A stretch of DNA of 64,000 bases from Negaprion brevirostris (lineage: Eukaryota): NCBI GenBank assembly GCA_030324005.1, contig JARDVH010000115.1, positions 15,388,675 through 15,452,674 on the forward strand, in the 5' to 3' direction. Position 1 is the first letter of the stretch; every line of letters begins with the position of its first letter. This document shows positions 50,816 through 63,992 of the stretch, piece after piece. The notes under the pieces were generated by a model, which worked only from the letters and a program-made list of their open reading frames with translations, was not told where the DNA came from and searched no databases. A program made the position numbers and the translations under genes.

Positions 50816-51750
50816 CAGTGAGCTACTCATAGTACAGAGAATTATCTTCATGGTACATTTACAAATCGACAGCTTAATATTGAAACAATATTGGAATGTC
50901 TACTGTTTCCTTTCACAAAAAGTCCACGCTATCTTAATGACACATTGAATCAAATCATTTTCATGGCAAATTAATAGCTGGTATTAGATCAGAAGCTTTA
51001 CGTCCCCATGATCAGGGAACTTCAATGCAGCAGGTGCACTCTCCTGCTCATATATTCAATTTCTTTCTAGTGACCTTCTGCTTCTGGAAAGGGTTCATAT
51101 TGCCCTTCAACCACAAGGATTTATGCAGAAATATTACATGACAAATTGGTTACAGGGAGTACCTCAAACCTCCCCTGCTAAAAGAAAGTTCCAAAGAGGA
51201 TCACAATTACCCAAGAATCACCCAAATTAAAGACTCCATTGATGCCATGCCAGTAATTCCTCTAGAAGCAAGATTTAACCAGCACTCTATTTAATGACAG
51301 AATGACAAATCGTAATTTGAGCTAAAGAAAGAAGGAGCTTGCATTTATTTAGTTCCTTTACACTTTTAAAAGCACTTCACTGGCTCTGAAGCACTTTGGG
51401 CCAAACTGAGGACACGAGTGACTGTTGTAATGTAAACACAGGGACAGTAATTGCCCTTGGCATCGAGAGAGCTCTATTGCAGACGGCACTAAGGAAACCT
51501 ACTCTAGCTGAACTCAATTAGGAACAAGAGGCAAACTCTTTAAAAGATGGATTCATTCACTAATAAAGCAGCCTTCACTTCTAAACATGAAATTGTTTGA
51601 TTGCTGATTAGAAAACATTAGCCTTAACATTTTGGTACCTTTGTATTAAAACGAGAAGAGGGAGAAAACTGAATAAAATTTTGTTCTTTCCCATGTAGGT
51701 ACCACAAGCAATTTATGATTGTACTAAATAATAAGCAAAACACAAAGAAC

Positions 51751-51843
51751 CTCATTAGGATTCTTGTAACTGAGCAGAAGATTGGATGCTTTGATGTCCC
51801 CGTGCACGTACTCATGGTCATGGATGTATTCTAGAATGTCAAT
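51751..51843 (-). CDS. VRK1: VRK1 coding exon (human exon 7 equivalent), 93 nt, catalytic loop
   Basis: ttttgatag|ATT GAC...AAT GAG|gttctt; [31 protein letters not shown] with intact HGDIKASN. Confidence 0.97.
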
Positions 51844-54636
51844 CTATCAAAAGGAAACAATTGCAAGTTAAACAGCTTTGGATAGAAGTCATTAGGATCC
51901 TCATAGCATTTTGTAACAATTATGTTAATATAAAGTTTCATTCATGCAAAAGAACATCCACCTATATACATATTCAAATTGTATATCTAACGCGTGGACC
52001 TCTTAATTTAACTGTTCAGCCATTAATATTTTATGAAGAAAAATAAGTCTAAAATTTGACCACATTTGAATTAGACCAACTGTTATAACAACTTTCTGAT
52101 GAACAAAAAGCCACACATCTGAAATACTTACTAATTCTACAGGAAGGGTTTGTTTTGGACAGCTTGTGATTTTCATATACGTAACAAAAACTGCACATCA
52201 ATCAAATACACAAAAAGCACAAATGAAGTCTTCAAATTGAACAAAACATGGTTAATCATCACTGATGAAGGGTTCAGCTTATCCAAGAGTGGCAAGGTTC
52301 ACCACATGTTAGCACCTTGAAAATAAAATTAAAACTGATGAAAACTAGAACCTCTGAATCTTCCTCTGCACATGCTGCACTTCACAAACTACCATGCGTG
52401 CACTTATGTGATCATTTGTGGAAGATAGCTCAAAAAAAAAGCTTACTAAAAGCCACTTTCACCTCAGATTATTTTCCTTCTGCGAATACCATGGAAGCAA
52501 AACGTGCTTGCTCCAAGTTCCCCTACGCAGCTGTGGTACTCTGCTCATTGCTCAGGAAAATCAATGTGCTTGCGATCAAGACAATTTAACTAAACACCTT
52601 TGCTTAAATGCTTATGTTCGATAGTGTTTTCCAAATGTGTCCCTCTCATCAAAACACCTTTGTACAGTAGACAACTGGATTTTGTAATGTCAGTTCTCTG
52701 TTGCACTTCACTCATGAGCCGACTCACTGATATACATAACATTCAACATAGATGCAACATTAGTCATGCTCTGGACACAGTTGGGTGGCCAGCTATAATA
52801 ACTTGTTAGTCTCCTGCAACTTTTAAAAAATCTACTAAGCATTGAATCGTATCCTTCTTCTTTGACATGCTGTTCAACAAGGATTAATATTCCTCAACAA
52901 AAAGGGCATAGCAGCTAAATTTCTTATGTAACAAATCCATGTTACCATCAAGATGTACCCATGTTGCCTTGAAATGTTCAGCTACTTAATGTTTTCCACG
53001 TACACTTCCTATTTCAATAGCCAGTTTTAAACTCAAAAAATCTATGTTTTATGGTGAAAATTTATTTTAGATTGTGTGTCCCACACCAAATGTTTCCCTT
53101 CCATGACACAATACACTTATCCAATACACTGGCATTTTTACTATGACCTGGATGAAGCCTACCCCAGAGACTGATGGTAGAGTCCCCTGCTGCCAATCCA
53201 GCTTTGATCAACCAATGTAGCACAGGTCAAGAATCAAAGCAGTGCGCCTTGTGGCCCAGCACTGTTACATGATGTACTTAACAACCGAGTCAGAGGAGAA
53301 TTGCTGATAGAGAAATAGTGTGGCTATCCTTCTCGCGCCAACTGTACACATTAGTGAATGACAAGTAAAGAAGGACCATTAAAACTGAGATGGCAAAAAG
53401 CTATAGCGCAGGTTAGCACTAGGCAGAAAATAAAAACTAAGGGAAACCACGATTAAGCAATACCAAACTGAAATTTTAAAATCCTGTAGATTGTGAGAAT
53501 TTTCTCGAAATACCAAAAGAAACAATTACAGCAACCGTCATTGTCTCATCCTCATTCTATCTGGTAAATCCCAGGGGGTGGTTAGTGCGAAACACAAACA
53601 ATATCAGATTGAAAAAACAACGAAGGAAAGGCTAATTACACTATTCAGCTTTATAATAATTTAGATTGTTACAAAATCATTAATAGTGTGAACAACTCAT
53701 CCAAATCAATTCTCCGAAGCCTAGGGTATCCAAACTAAAGCCCAAGAGCCACATACGGTGCTTGAACCCTGGCCACCTAGCCCATGAAGCTTTAGTGAAA
53801 TAGTTTATTTTTGCCATAACATATATTAATGTGCAAGATGTTTTTAATTAGACAAAATTAATTTTAAACTATAGTCTACAACTTAGCTTGCAGGGAATGC
53901 TTTTATGCAAATTTAATTACAGAAAATTAGATTTTAATTTAGAGTTGTGATTGATGTTCTGTACTGCAATTATTTATACGTGGGCAAGAAGCTCCATAGC
54001 ACATAAATAAGTGGCCCGTGAAGACAGAACAATTTGAATGCTTATGTCATGTAACTTTGCATTTCTTTTCTTACCTAAAAACTCAGTACTTTTTTTTGCT
54101 GGGATCTCTTTCCAAAGGCATGGGTGTGAAGCTTTGCACCATTCCCAAGTAACTATTATTCAATGTTTGAAGTATCTGATTATAGAAGTGCAACTAAGTG
54201 TAGTTACCATATTGCTGTTGAAGCTGAGATCATCTAACTCAGCACAAGGCGGGAGGTAAAACTTACTATCTTGCAAAGAGTCTTCCTTTCCAAGTTACCA
54301 GATGAATGCTCAGTCTGCAATACTAACTTCCAGAAGGACCCAGTCCCAATACCAAAAAATTCCAAGGACCAGAATATTTCCAAAAGGAAGACTGTTTAAA
54401 GAAAAGCCACTCCAGGCCAAGTTCACATTGGACAATCAATTCAAGATGAACACTGGCAGAGACCTGGAATTGGCTGAGAAAATAACAATTCCCCAGCAAG
54501 AAAACAGCATCAGCAATTTGGGACAGCCTAAGCATTTTTACAAAAACATCAGGTTTTCACTGAGACTGAGCAGAGATAGATTAAAAATAATTGTCGCCAC
54601 AGTGGCACCTTCTGGATAATAAATACTGAAACTCAC

Positions 54637-54745
54637 CAATCGAAGACCCAACTGCAGCACAAATTTCTTCGGGAAAATTTTATGATTTTGCTCAAATATT
54701 TTCTGAAGATCAGATCCAAATCGATCCATTACCATAAATCTATAA
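54637..54745 (-). CDS. VRK1: VRK1 coding exon (human exon 6 equivalent), 109 nt
   Basis: aattcag|T TAT AGA TTT ATG...CGA TTG|gtgagt; YRFMVMDRFGSDLQKIFEQNHKIFPKKFVLQLGLRL (hinge region). Confidence 0.96.
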
Positions 54746-56612
54746 CTGAATTCAGAAAATCAGTTTAAGCTTAAAATGCATGTTTCTAGCACACATCTGT
54801 GATAAGCAGTTCTCGTCAGCAATTTAATCTGATCAACTAACATTTTTGCACATTGACACTAAATTCTTAAAATTATAATCACAAAACTTAGTAAGAATTT
54901 GAACTATAACTTGGCATAACGTACATGTGCACATTTGCCAGACAAAAAGGATGGCAATAGAAAAGAAGAGGGAGGAGAAGTCAGGGTATACCAAAGGGCT
55001 TTGGTTTCTTGCTAGGAATTTGATGGTGCCACGTCAATTAGTCCGACTGTAATATGATGGACAGTGTGCGGCCTCATTATTATGTGCCCTGTTGGAAGGA
55101 CATTGTCTACCAAATTTGAAATAATGGAAAAACAGGTTTGCATCAGGACAGATACTGAGTCCTCTATTTACATTTCAAATATAACACCTGTTTGTTGTCC
55201 AGTATGAAGCAGGTTTAGGAAAAGATGGTCTACAAAGAATCATAGATTGACCCAACAACATTCAATTTAGCATGCCTGTGTTGAACATGCAGCCTAACCA
55301 GTGGCCCATAACCAGCTGGAAGGTAACACCTAAAATGCAAGTGTTTAAAAAAATGCTTACCCGGATTCGAAGCCGGGTACCTCACTGGCTGACTGCAGTG
55401 TCAAATACCATCAACTCCCTTTCAATCCTTTTCCCCTCTCCCAAGAACTACTGCTACTGATAACGTACTGAAATAGAGCTTCTCTTCTGCGAAATGCATT
55501 CCCAACAGGTGACTGGAGCCCTGTCTTCCTAGGAACTGGAGTGTGCCATGACTTGCCCAATAACCAAGTAAATGTAACAAGCTTAGTATTCGAACAGAAG
55601 ACCCACTACTATATTTACTTACCAGCAAACAGGTAAATTAAAGGGAGCAAGAATTTGTAAATATGTATGAAACCTCCCTAGGAAATATAAGGAGTATTTT
55701 CCTGTGTTAACGCTTAAGTTGAAGATCAAATGGGGGACTTTGTTATTGACTTGAGTGGGAACAGGCTCAAGGAATTAAATGGCCTATACCTGTGCCAATG
55801 TCCCTACTTACTAGACTGGCTGGCCTATCCTTATCCTTAATTATTTCTTGTAGGCAGGCAGGTCCAGGTATAATTTTTGAACACACAATAAAACAATGAG
55901 ATTAAATGTTTTCATAACCTCAAATTCAATTACAGCTGCTAAGTATATATAACAGTATCTACAAGATGCTGTATTATCTCAATTTTAAGTCATTTAATCC
56001 AGTTTTTTTTTTAGTGTGATGGTGTTGCAAGAAGAATTTCTCAATTAATTTGACTGATCCCCAAGAAACAGTTCAGACAGTTTGCAAATGATGTCCCTTT
56101 ACTCAAATAACAAGACCTGCCTGAATTGTATTTAGTCCCACTGTATCAGAGATTCTCAAACTGGGATCCTTACAAATGTTCAACAACCACCTATATGTAC
56201 ACAGCACCCTTAACAATGAAACAGCCCAAGGCATTCACCAGGAACATTATAAAGCAAGTATAATACAGAGTTATACAAGGAGAAATGTCAGATTATCAAA
56301 ATCTTGGTCAAAGAGGTAAGTTTTTAAAAGTGCCTTAAAGAGGGGGAAAATAAGATAGAGAGGTGGCTTTTTAGAGCCTGGACTGAATCAACTGAAGGCA
56401 AATCACCACTCTCCAAGGTCTGGGAAATGGTCAAGCATAATGAGTGGTGGGAAGAGGCAGGCATTCAGAGTGGTGAGTGGAGGGTAGTCATTGCAGTGGG
56501 CTGACTGTCTCGCCTTGGGGAGGTGTCAAGAGCCGCAGAAAGGTCACCTAGTGGATTCACAATTACGAGGATTGGTGGTGGGTCAGGTGAATTTAGCCTT
56601 GTTGACAGAGGA

Positions 56613-57400
56613 TGGTGCTTGATGGGAAATGTTCATCCTGGAGTTCAGTTACTAGTGGTGTATCTCATGAATCTGTTTTGGGGCCACTGCTGTTTATCAT
56701 TTTTATAAATGACCTGGATGAGGATGTAGAAGGACAGTTTAGTAAATTTGCAGATGACACTAAAGTCGGTGGAATTATGGACAATGCAGAAGGATGTTGC
56801 AGGTTACAGAGGGACATAGATAAGCTACACAGCTGGGCTGAGAGGTAGCAAATGGAGTTTAATGTGGAAAAGTGTGAAGTGGTTCACTTTGGAAGGACTA
56901 ACAGGAAGTCAGAGTACTGGGCTAATGGTAAGTTACTTGGTAACGTAGATGAGCAGAGAGATCTCTGTGTCCATATGCACAGGTCCCTGAAAGTTGGCAC
57001 CCAGGTTGATAGGGTTGTTAAGAAGTTATACGGTGTGTTAGCTTTCATTGGTAGAGGGATTGAGTTTCAGAGCCATGAGGTCATGTTGCAGCTGTACAAA
57101 ACTCTGGTGCAGCTGCACTTGGAGTATTGCGTACAGTTCTGGTCGCCGCATTATAGGAAAGATATGGAAGCATTGGAAAGGGTGCAGAGGAGGTTTACCA
57201 GGATGTTGCCTGGTATGGTGGGAAGGTTTTATGAGGAAAGGCTGAGNNNNNNNNNNNNNNNNNNNNNNNNNNNNNNNNNNNNNNNNNNNNNNNNNNNNNN
57301 NNNNNNNNNNNNNNNNNNNNNNNNNNNNNNNNNNNNNNNNNNNNNNGCAACATCAAGGGCCGAAGGGCCTGTGCTGCACTGTAATGTTCTACATTCGATG
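56613..57400 (+). pseudogene. CR1 (HER1-like) LINE reverse transcriptase 3' part, one in-frame stop, gap before tail
   Basis: SVLGPLLFIIFINDLD, SKFADDTK, LQRDIDKL, TAG at 56846-56848, MEFNVEKC, LEYCVQFWSP; tail gggccgaagggcctgtgctgcactgtaatgttcta. Confidence 0.95.
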
Positions 57401-57844
57401 TTGAAGAGAGGGAGTTCTTCTTCGCACTTAAGTACCACATATGTTGCAAACTTAAAGAAAGGATGCCAAAATACAAGCTGCATAGGTAATATAAAGTAAT
57501 TTAGATGGGGCAGGAGTAGGTCTGTGATTATTAGTTCGTTTCAACCAAAAAGTACTTACATCAGCAAGATTGGGCCTTTCAAGTAAACTAACCTAATTTT
57601 ACAACCGGCAAGAAGATTTGATTAATAGCTTATGCATCACGGACAGAAATGCTTTACTTTTGTCACAGCTACTTATGTACATCCAACTCAATGGCCCAGC
57701 AAAACCAACAGCCACACAACTAAAGAAAATGATTTCATTGCGTAATCACTGGGTGTTAATGCATTCGCTGGCGTCAAATACGACTCCTTGAATTTACACT
57801 ACATTAAAGCTTACCAGAACTTCAAACAGAATTGCTACACTTAC

Positions 57845-57932
57845 CTCTTTCCCCCTTTATCATATAATCCTGACCCCCAATACTTAGGCACACCAAGATA
57901 ATTCAACTTGCGGGACGCTATCCAGCTCTGAA
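57845..57932 (-). CDS. VRK1: VRK1 coding exon (human exon 5 equivalent), 88 nt
   Basis: tttctgcag|TT CAG...AAG AG|gtaagt; (I)QSWIASRKLNYLGVPKYWGSGLYDKGGK(S). Confidence 0.96.
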
Positions 57933-58585
57933 CTGCAGAAAAGGATATTATAAACACAAAATATTAGGGAAAAATAATTTGCATCACACACATCATTCAA
58001 ATTTTATAATCCATGAAGCAACATTAATCATATTTTCAATAACTTTAAACATGATCCAGGGAGCAATGCTTTGGAAACATTTATTTGAAGTAAGACAGCC
58101 ACCAAAATATTATTTTACTGGAATAAACGTGAGCAACAACAACACTTCACACAAAATCCCACTCTTGCCCAGGTTACCAAGAAACAAAACATGAGAAAGG
58201 CCAGCGTTCACAAACTAGAAAACATATTAAAACTATTTACGTACACCACATATCCAAAAACACTTAGCTGCAGAATTAAGAATCTGACCAAAATAAATTT
58301 TCTGTGCTGCCTCAAAGAACTAAATACTGTAAATTTCAAATATTTATTTAACAGACATGAGCATTTAAACTGAACTTTTACAAACTTGGGATGAATCAAT
58401 GGGTACAGAAATGATGCAACAGCCAAACTAATCACAAGCACAATGTACAGTGGGAATGTAGGTGTAATAAATATTTAGTAATTACAAACATATGAATTGT
58501 AGAATTTCAAATTTGTACGTAGGAAAGTCAGTTACCTTTACATCAAATTACATTGGACTTTTCACATAAAATAGATTCAACTTAC

Positions 58586-58655
58586 TCAGCTCTGGTTTTG
58601 CTGCTCTCATATAGAACTTGAGTTCTGAAAACAACGGTCCATTGGTACTGGGTTC
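58586..58655 (-). CDS. VRK1: VRK1 coding exon (human exon 4 equivalent), 70 nt
   Basis: ctatttcaag|GAA CCC...CTG A|gtaagt; EPSTNGPLFSELKFYMRAAKPEL (alphaC helix), human EPSDNGPLFTELKFYQRAAKPEQ. Confidence 0.96.
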
Positions 58656-59084
58656 CTTGAAATAGAAGCAAAAAGAGCAGATTGGTCCCTTCAATTCTGT
58701 ACTATTGAAATCATTGCATTTTGTCTGATACATTGAGTACATTCTGCAAGAAAACCAGCCATATAACTATTATTTATGGTACTAACATAGTAAAACATTC
58801 CAAGTCACTTCACAGGAGTAATACCAAATAAAACTCAACTAGGTCAGGTGACTAAAAGTTTCATCAGAAACGGGCAAGGAAAAGTGAGAAAGTTCTCAGG
58901 AAGGTATTGCTGAGCTTAGGGCCTTAGCACCTAAAATCAGACAGTGATTAAAATCAGGGATACTCAAGAGGGTAGAATTAGAATGCAGCTATCTCAGAAG
59001 GTGGGCATGGCTGAAGGAAACTAGAGACAAGGAGCAACGCCAGACAGGATTTGAAAACAGGAAAGAGAATTTTACAAGCATCTC

Positions 59085-59203
59085 CCATCTGATCCACCAC
59101 TAAGGGTTCCTTCCCTTCCACTATATCATCATGGGTGACCCCACCAGACGGCATCACTCTCGGGATCAACGGAACATTCAAGCCTCTCCACCGTGGCAAG
59201 GTG
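59085..59203 (-). mobile_element. RTE-clade (Rex3/BovB-like) LINE 5' end fragment
   Basis: Minus strand CCTTGCCACGGTGGAGAGGCTTGAATGTTCCGTTGATCCCGAGAGTGATGCCGTCTGGTGGGGTCACCCATG resembles the recalled RTE 5'UTR motif. Confidence 0.55.
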
Positions 59204-59911
59204 ATAATTCAAGAAAAGGGAAATAATTATAAATAAATAACTTAGTAAATAATGACTCCAGAGTGGAAATAACACTTGAAATGACTCCCTCAAATGTCTT
59301 TAATTTGCAGGTTTCACTGTAAAACCAAACAAAATATAGTAAAGGGAAACCATTTTCCATAATATTCGACAGCTCAGCCAAGTGTTGAAATGTAAACTAG
59401 ATTTGCTCACTAGATTTACTCATTGTACCCCACAGCTCAACTAGCTTAATGCTGGTAATGTCTTAGCAAGTGCACTATGGCAGAGCCATCAACTGTATAC
59501 AGTAATGAGGGGACTTCTGATTCTTCATATGGGATTTTCCACATTATAGTCGATTATTGAAATCTTACTACCATTTTTCTTTCAAGTTTTTTTTTGAAAG
59601 TGTCTGTTGCACCTTATCACACAACTGCTATATCTATCCTGTGAACTGCACAAATCAAATAAGTGGATAAACAAATGAAAGACATACTTGTGCAAAGAAT
59701 TTGGCCTTGCTTATTTTCTCCATATTACTGCCTGCTAAAGCCACAGAGTAAATTTGCGCATTCATAAAAATTAAAACTCAAATTTGTTCGTTTTCAGACC
59801 AGGTCTTAAAGCCTTAAAAGTCTTAAATCTTAAGTTAATGGCTATTTTCACAGTCTACAGGCCTGCAGAAATCTGGATTGTTAAGGTTAACAAGCAAGCA
59901 AAAAAAAGGAT

Positions 59912-60800
59912 AATTTTTTAAGACATATACTTTATTCATAAAATTTGAGAAGGTACATTAATTCAAGTGTGACACTTCACATAGAGCAATATAGATTAAT
60001 TAAGTTAAATACAGTACAAAGCACATAAATTACATCGACATTTACAGAACACATTTTCTAATAAGCTAGAGGGGGTTCAAACACTGGTTCCACCCCTCAC
60101 TGTCCTATGGCAAGAGGAACCTAAACTATACACTGGCCCCAGATCCTATGTGGCCGCTGCCCCAGGCTTTAGTGCACCCCTCAGCACGCAGTCCTGGGAT
60201 TTTGGAATGCTCCAGTCTGCAACACTATTGTGGACAGCTTATTATGCTGGAAAACAAGCAAATTTCAAGCAGATCAAAATGCATCCTTAGCAGAGTTGAT
60301 GGTACTCCAAGCAGTAGTTGACATTTGTCTTTAACGTGTCTCTGGAGACAATCCCGAGTACAGTGTTATGGATTTGCTCACGATGAACATTGATCAATAC
60401 TACTACAGCCCTTTCCGGACATTACCTGCAAATGAAAATTCCAGAACAAGATGAACAACGATCTCTCTCCCACCACAGCTGCCTTGAGAACAGCAGTGGC
60501 ACTCAGAAATCTGGGTGTGCATGAATGATTTAATGAACAGGGTCCTCCTCAGCATCAGCATGGCTACATTATGGGAGTCTGTTTGAAGACTCTGGCTATG
60601 AAATGTACTGCCAAATGATTTTGACAGACTGATTGGGGAAGCCATCTGACAGGATCCGCCATTTACTTTTGCTTCAGGGCACCAATGATGTGTCGATTAC
60701 CGCCTCATCAATGTGGTCAAACATGATTTTCTGCCCACATCCTTCGACAAAGGTCAGGTGGTAAGACACAGTACAACTGAATGGAGCATTCCAAGGTGTC
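59912..60800 (-). mobile_element. Tx1/L1-clade LINE 3' region, decayed
   Basis: Minus-strand QDCVLRGALKPGAAA resembles Tx1-type ORF2 end; AATAAA near 59931-59936 and a short A tail. Confidence 0.7.
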
Positions 60801-60881
60801 AAGAAGAAATGACAAGTTAGCACATCAATGCCTTTCAACGTAATTCACACATCAACTTAAAACGTTCCAACTACTACTTAC

Positions 60882-60937
60882 CACTTTAATGACATATGAG
60901 GCACAATTTCCAACTGCTTTCTCCGAATTTTCATCAG
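60882..60937 (-). CDS. VRK1: VRK1 coding exon (equivalent to human exon 3), 56 nt
   Basis: tttgtttcag|CT GAT GAA...ATT AAA GTG|gtaagt; encodes (A)DENSEKAVGNCASYVIKV including the beta3 catalytic Lys; human ADMNSSESVGSDAPCVVKV. Confidence 0.93.
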
Positions 60938-60984
60938 CTGAAACAAAAAGTTAAAATATAAATCTAATAGCTCTATATAGTAGT

Positions 60985-61290
60985 CAAAAAGCCATGGGAA
61001 AAGTCATCCAACTGTGGCTAACAGAAGTGAAAGATAGTATTAAAGAAAGAGGCTGATAACCTTGACAAAATTAGCAAATCTAAAGATTTAAGAATATTTT
61101 AGAGTTCAAAGCATAATCAAGAAATTGAGAAAGGCAAAAATGAAATAGAAATGAGATTTTAATAAGATCATTAAAGGTTCTATATGTATGTAAAAGGGAA
61201 GAGATTAGTAAAACTAAATGCAAGACCCCTAAAAGGCACAGAAATTATAATATGGAATAAGAAAAGGAAACATTGTCTTCATGGTAGAAG
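60985..61290 (+). mobile_element. Decayed CR1 internal fragment
   Basis: tgtggctaacagaagtgaaagatagtattaaa...ttctatatgtatgtaaaaggga...gtcttcatggtagaag. Confidence 0.7.
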
Positions 61291-61296
61291 CTTGAA

Positions 61297-61346
61297 GATC
61301 ACATGATTGGTGATGAGATCATGTGACTGGTGATGAGCAATCACAT
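61297..61346 (+). repeat. Short 20-bp tandem repeat (2.5 units)
   Basis: gatcacatgattggtgatga / gatcatgtgactggtgatga / gcaatcacat. Confidence 0.8.
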
Positions 61347-63930
61347 CCAATCTAATAATTGAGCTAATGTCTCAGGACATAGGATGGCTGAGTCAGCAAA
61401 ATACAGGAAACAAACTGATAGTTTATAGTTTAAGCTGCTTAAACACTGGCNNNNNNNNNNNNNNNNNNNNNNNNNNNNNNNNNNNNNNNNNNNNNNNNNN
61501 NNNNNNNNNNNNNNNNNNNNNNNNNNNNNNNNNNNNNNNNNNNNNNNNNNAAGCTGCTTAAAGACTGGCAAGAGAGGAAGGGGGAAGAAATATCCTGGCC
61601 CTGGTCCATCCATACCTAGGTTCACTGGGTATAGATAATTTGGTGTATGGCCTGAAGGGGTGTGTATAAACTCCCATGTTCTAAAATCAGAGATTCTGTA
61701 CATGTAATGGCAATGCTTTGTAATGCAGCCACATGCCTCACCCTCATTTATAAGATTTCACAAATCCAGGTACTCAGTACCAAAATGCATCAGAAGTAAT
61801 TGCTGAAAAAAGTTTGATTTTTCTTCCTTTCATGACAAAACATGGAGCAGGTGTAATAGAAGTCTTTGTAGATAATCTGTCCTATCCATGTCTTTACACA
61901 AGGTTTGGTGCAATATACACAATTACACTTGGACACTTCAACAGGGAAGGTTTGTATTTTTGATTGTCATCAAGACCCCCAATGGCAAGTGTGCACCTGG
62001 ATATGTTAGATGAGGGAGGATTTGGGTGAGCTGTTATGTGTTTTACGTTGGAGAAGCCTGATGACTATCTCTGAATATCTGCACAATTCACTGGAGACCT
62101 TTAGGATTATACTCTTACGATACTCATCTCCCAGGAAAGGAGAAAGGATCATTTGGGGAAAAAGATTAGCTCCTTCAACTTAAAATTTTCACGTAATATA
62201 AAACCAAACTGACAATACAATAATACAGTTCCACTGTGTCTCTTCTAAAAATGCACGTAATTCATTGATGCCTAAAGAAACAGTGAAACGTTCCACTAAA
62301 ACATGAGGAAATGATGATTTTAATCTGAAGCCTATTCTCGTCACCCCCAACTACATTCTGGCTTGTAGAGTTGACACCCCTTTCATCTTTAACCTGAACT
62401 CACGGGGAATTAAAAAAAGGAATCAACATGCAAATTATATAACCTACATACATTGCAAATTAACAAGAGAAAATCAAAACAATTAATGAGTTTATTTGGA
62501 CTCAGGCTCCCTACATACCTACAAAAGAATACTGATGGCAAACCTACAATCTTTGGGCGACAGTGATCATAGGAACTAGACTGTGGCAAGTAAACTGCAA
62601 AGAGCAAATACAGATGTGACGCAGATGATCAATTGCTTAGTAAGTTCAATATCATCAAGGTAAATCTTCCTCCTTTGCAAGTTTGCTAAACATTTTGGAG
62701 CTGGAGCATGCAGAGCAAGATGTACAGGTAGCTATTCTCTGAAACCTGACCTGCATTCCCTTTTCTATACCTGCGATTTAATGATTTCTATTTAAGTGAT
62801 CCTGCTAGCTCTCAATCTGGAAGCAATATAGTTTATTTCAGACCTTTCTAGTCTATATCTATTACATTTTATTTCCAGGTAATGCGAATCGAGCCAAAAT
62901 TAGAAATTCAGCTACCTTTTGATGTATTATTTGGCACCCATTACTGGTAGATGTTTTCCTTTCCTAAAAGTACAAACATGAGCTGTGGTTCCAACAGTTC
63001 TCTGGTGCCTAATCCAAGTGGTCACAAGTGAACACCCACAGGGCGGTTTAACAGATTTCTTAGTTCTGGGAGTCAATAAATGCCTATCCTGCCTAATCAT
63101 AAACTGAGACAAAAGCATTTTGCTGCAACTGCACCTCCCACTTCAATCACATATACTTTAATAACGTGTTGATAGATACAGTCACAAGCCTCCAAGTTGA
63201 TTAANNNNNNNNNNNNNNTTTTTCATCTTAATGGAATCAGATTTATTTATTTAATAGTTTAACCTAATCAGGAATCAAATTCAAACCAAACAGACAAGAT
63301 AATTGAATGCACAACTCCTTTAAAGTTTAAAAATACAATTACAGTAATTCTAAATTGCTGTTAGCTCGGCATAACTAATTATTTCAGTACTGTGGCTAGC
63401 TTATATTAATTACATCATTTTAAAAACAGAAGGAATACAAAAACATGAACTGAAGAACTGGCACATCAAACAATTCCTTGATTAATTTCAAAAGATTGCA
63501 TAATTGTATAACCTACTTAACGGCATAATGTGTTTCTGGGTCCTAGAAAACACACATGAATGAAATATACTATTTTTAAATACTCAGTCAGCTGGTTAGT
63601 AAAATTAGATGTTGATGCTTATCGTTCCATTATACCATACACTGACAGTTCCCAACATTGACAAGTTCAAAAAAGGCCTTAAAGAAAGAAAGCGACTCAT
63701 CAAGATTGGCATATTTGGTCACATCATCCATACAAGTGTAGAAGGAAATGCAGTTATTTAGCAGAACAGAGAGACACACCCAAAATTAGCATTATACTTC
63801 ATCTGGATGCCTGTCCAAGGAACTCCATTTNNNNNNNNNNNNNNNNNNNNNNNNNNNNNNNNNNNNNNNNNNNNNNNNNNNNNNNNNNNNNNNNNNNNNN
63901 NNNNNNNNNNNNNNNNNNNNNNNNNNNNNN

Positions 63931-63992
63931 GGGGCAAGCTCGAAGGGCTGGATGGCCTACTCCTGCTCCTATTTCTTATGTTCTTATTATGT
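63931..63992 (+). mobile_element. CR1 3' tail
   Basis: gctcgaagggctggatggcctactcctgctcctatttcttatgttctta. Confidence 0.85.

Noticed and set aside
56612-57499. Longest real ORFs in the window (RT-like) as an active or domesticated gene
   Set aside because: 5'-truncated CR1 with an in-frame stop; apparent ORF length inflated by Ns
23505-60937. Alternative identity as VRK2 or VRK3
   Set aside because: RAAKPE, YLGVPKYWGSG, DRFGSDLQKI and MDKCFP match VRK1; no C-terminal transmembrane segment (VRK2A) and catalytic motifs are intact (unlike VRK3)
61310-61336. GTGATGA C-box motifs suggesting a C/D snoRNA
   Set aside because: Antisense to the host gene, part of a tandem repeat, no terminal stem with a D box
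61432-61569. aagctgcttaaaSactggc repeated on both sides of a 100-N gap
   Set aside because: Probably overlap or haplotype artefact; cannot be assessed across the gap
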